Shown: in pieces, positions 61,915-64,000 of the stretch
How positions within the stretch are numbered: the stretch's first letter is position 1
How the letters are laid out: the number at the start of each line of letters is the position of its first letter
Assembly: GCA_001275005.1 (NCBI GenBank)
Contig: JWZX01003001.1
Span: forward strand, 1 to 64,000
Reading direction: 5' to 3'
Length of the DNA stretch: 64,000 nucleotides
Origin: Chrysochromulina tobinii
Lineage: Eukaryota
Notes under the pieces: generated by a model
Told to the model about the DNA's origin: nothing
Databases searched by the model: none
What the model saw: the letters and a program-made list of their open reading frames with translations, nothing else
Position numbers and translations under genes: made by a program

Positions 61915-64000
61915 TCATGCCCCTAATTTGGCAGGCGCGGAGCGAGTGACGCAGTGGCGCCGATGGGAGCCGAGGCCGGAGATGGATTCAAATGGTCGCC
62001 CGCACGCGTCGCATATGAAGTTGCCGAAGGCGTCAGGCAGAACAGGGCCGGAATGACCGTTTCGATAGCGTGAGCCGCACGCAGAGCATAGGGTGCCTGA
62101 TCCACTCGGACCTGGTTCCTTGCCGCTCGTCTCTTGCCGTTTGCACTCGCACCACTCGCAGCGCCACTGGCCGCCGTCACAATCGCGGGAGTGTATACCC
62201 AGCGCGCGGAACGACTCGAAGGTGCGCTCGCACCGTTCGCAAGGGTAGCGCCCGTTGGCGTCCGTGGGCGGCACCGCGACATGCCCCGCGCGAAAGCGCG
62301 ACGAGCATAGAGAGCACAGCGTCCCGCCGCCGTCTGGGCCCGGTCCCTTGCCGCTCGCCTCGTCCGCCTTGCACTCGCACCACTGGCAGCGCCACTGGCC
62401 GCCGTCGCAGAAGCGGCGGTGGCTGCCTAACCCCATGATGAGTTCGAACCCCTTGCCGCATTTGTCGCACACATAGAGACCCTGATCATTCTTGGGCGGC
62501 GGCCCCGAATGGCCAGCGCGATGGCGAGCGCCGCAAGCGGAGCAGAGAGTGCCTCCGCCATGTGGACCCGGCGCCTTGCCACTCGTCTCGTCTGCCTTGC
62601 ACTCGCACCACTGGCAGCGCCACTGGCCGCCGTCGCAGAAGCGGCGGTGAACACCGAGCCCAGGGATGTTGTCGAACGTCTTGCCGCACTTGTCGCACAT
62701 GTAGAGACCCTGCCCAGTTAAGGGAGGTCATCAGAGAGGCCATCAGGGTCAGGGAGGTCATTAGGGAGGTCATTAAGGAGGTCATCAGAGAGGCCAGGTC
62801 ATCATGGCGTACCTGCTCGTTCTTGGGCGGTGGCCCGGAATGACCGTTTCGATAGCGCGAGCCGCACGCGCCGCAGAGGGTACCTGAACCATTAGGGCCT
62901 GGGCTCTTTCCACTTGTCTCGTGCGCCTTGCACTCGCACCACTCACAGCGCCACTGGCCGCCGTCACAGTCGCGGGAGTGTATACCCAGCGCGCGGAACG
63001 ACTCGAAGGTGCGCTCGCACCGCTCGCAAGGGTAGCGCCCGTTGGCGTCCGTGGGCGGCAACGCGACATGCCCCGCGCGAAAGCGCGAGGAGCACATAGA
63101 GCACAGAGTGCCGCCGCCATTTGGGCCCGGCCCCTTGCCGCTCGTCTCGTCCGCCTTGCACTCGCACCATTGGCAGCGCCACTGGCCGCCGTCGCAGAAG
63201 CGGCGGTGCGAGCCAAGACCCATGATGCTCTCGAAGGTTCGTTCACACTTGTCGCACACGTACTGCCCGGCCTCGTTACGAGGTGGCGGGCCAGCAGCAC
63301 CACCCTTCCAGCGCCCGGAGCATGCAGAGCATAGCGTCATTGCGCCAGCAGGCCCAGGCCCCTTTCCGTTAGAATCTTCCCATTTGCATTCGCACCACTG
63401 GCAGCGCCACGCGCCGCCGTCGCAGAAGCGGCGGTGGCCGCCGAGGTGTTTCATCGACGAGAAGCCCCGATGGCACGAGGCGCACAGGAACTCACCCTTG
63501 TCGTTCTGCACGGGCATGCCGTCGGCGCCGTGCCGGTAACGCTGGCTGCACGCATTGCAAAGCGTCTTGATCCCATTAGGCCCTGTTGCCCTATGGCTCG
63601 TCTCTGCCTCAGTGCAGTTACACCACTCGCACGCCCACGCCACCGAGCGGCCTTCGCAGAAGCGCGCGTGCGCGAAGAGACCGATGCGCGCCTCGTACGC
63701 CGCGCCACACGCCCGGCAACGCCACGCGCCGTCCGCCGACTTGCGCGCGTCCATGTCGACAGGCACCACCACCGGCAGCACTCCGCTGCGCCTGCCGCGC
63801 TTGGGCGTGAGCGATGGTGGCAGCAGCCATCGCTTGAGAGCGCGCGGCGCGCCATCGTCCGGCGGCGCGGCGGCGGCGGCCGCCGCCGCCGCGGCCGCCG
63901 CATTGCCGCCAAAGTACGCGATGCCGCCCATGCCGCCGCCGCCCCCGCCACCCTCATCGTCCTCAATGCCGTCTATATGCAGCCCAAGTCCGGTCATTGG
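61915..64000 (-). CDS. Multi-zinc-finger protein with alternating C2HC and GATA-type (CX2CX20CX2C) fingers; 5' end may lie outside the window
   Basis: Exons (>=63997)-62813 and 62709-61915. Eight CxxC...HxxxC fingers alternate with seven WRCxWC...GPxGxxTLCxxC fingers. Confidence 0.85.

Noticed and set aside
731..63966. Hundreds of long overlapping or antisense ORFs in the ORF track (e.g. 731-1726, 48584-50266, 7120-8256)
   Set aside because: Expected shadows of real genes in high-GC or repetitive DNA, with no independent motifs.

Overview
GC-rich, gene-dense eukaryotic genomic DNA with short GT-AG introns, many of them filled by 10-11 nt tandem repeats. The composition, intron style and a bipartite-targeted protoporphyrinogen oxidase suggest a haptophyte-like alga with a complex plastid (inference, not tested). 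About 19 protein-coding genes can be read, including a COG0523/CobW zinc-chaperone GTPase head-to-head with a gamma-clade-like RNA-dependent RNA polymerase, a TKL kinase-PX protein, an HSPA13/STCH-like Hsp70, a HemL-like aminotransferase, PPOX, a J-domain membrane protein, a ~2500-aa EF-hand/IQ-NACHT-LRR protein, a RING-PHD protein, a GT90 glycosyltransferase, a JmjC protein, a TIR-WW-decapeptide-repeat protein, ORC2, an EF-hand/Sfi1-like/ankyrin protein and an alternating C2HC/GATA zinc-finger array. Mobile or repetitive DNA includes two convergent fragments of a CRE-like non-LTR retroelement, a foldback element next to a GTATC/GATAC array, and an LTR-like dispersed repeat. The most striking signal is that several introns start with, or contain, copies of their own flanking exon sequence or of the spliced junction, and that a 21-nt unit has inserted repeatedly into one exon between direct repeats. 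Together these suggest an active duplication/insertion process that creates or remodels introns. No rRNA, tRNA or CRISPR array was recognised. Exon structures were inferred by eye from splice signals and frame continuity.
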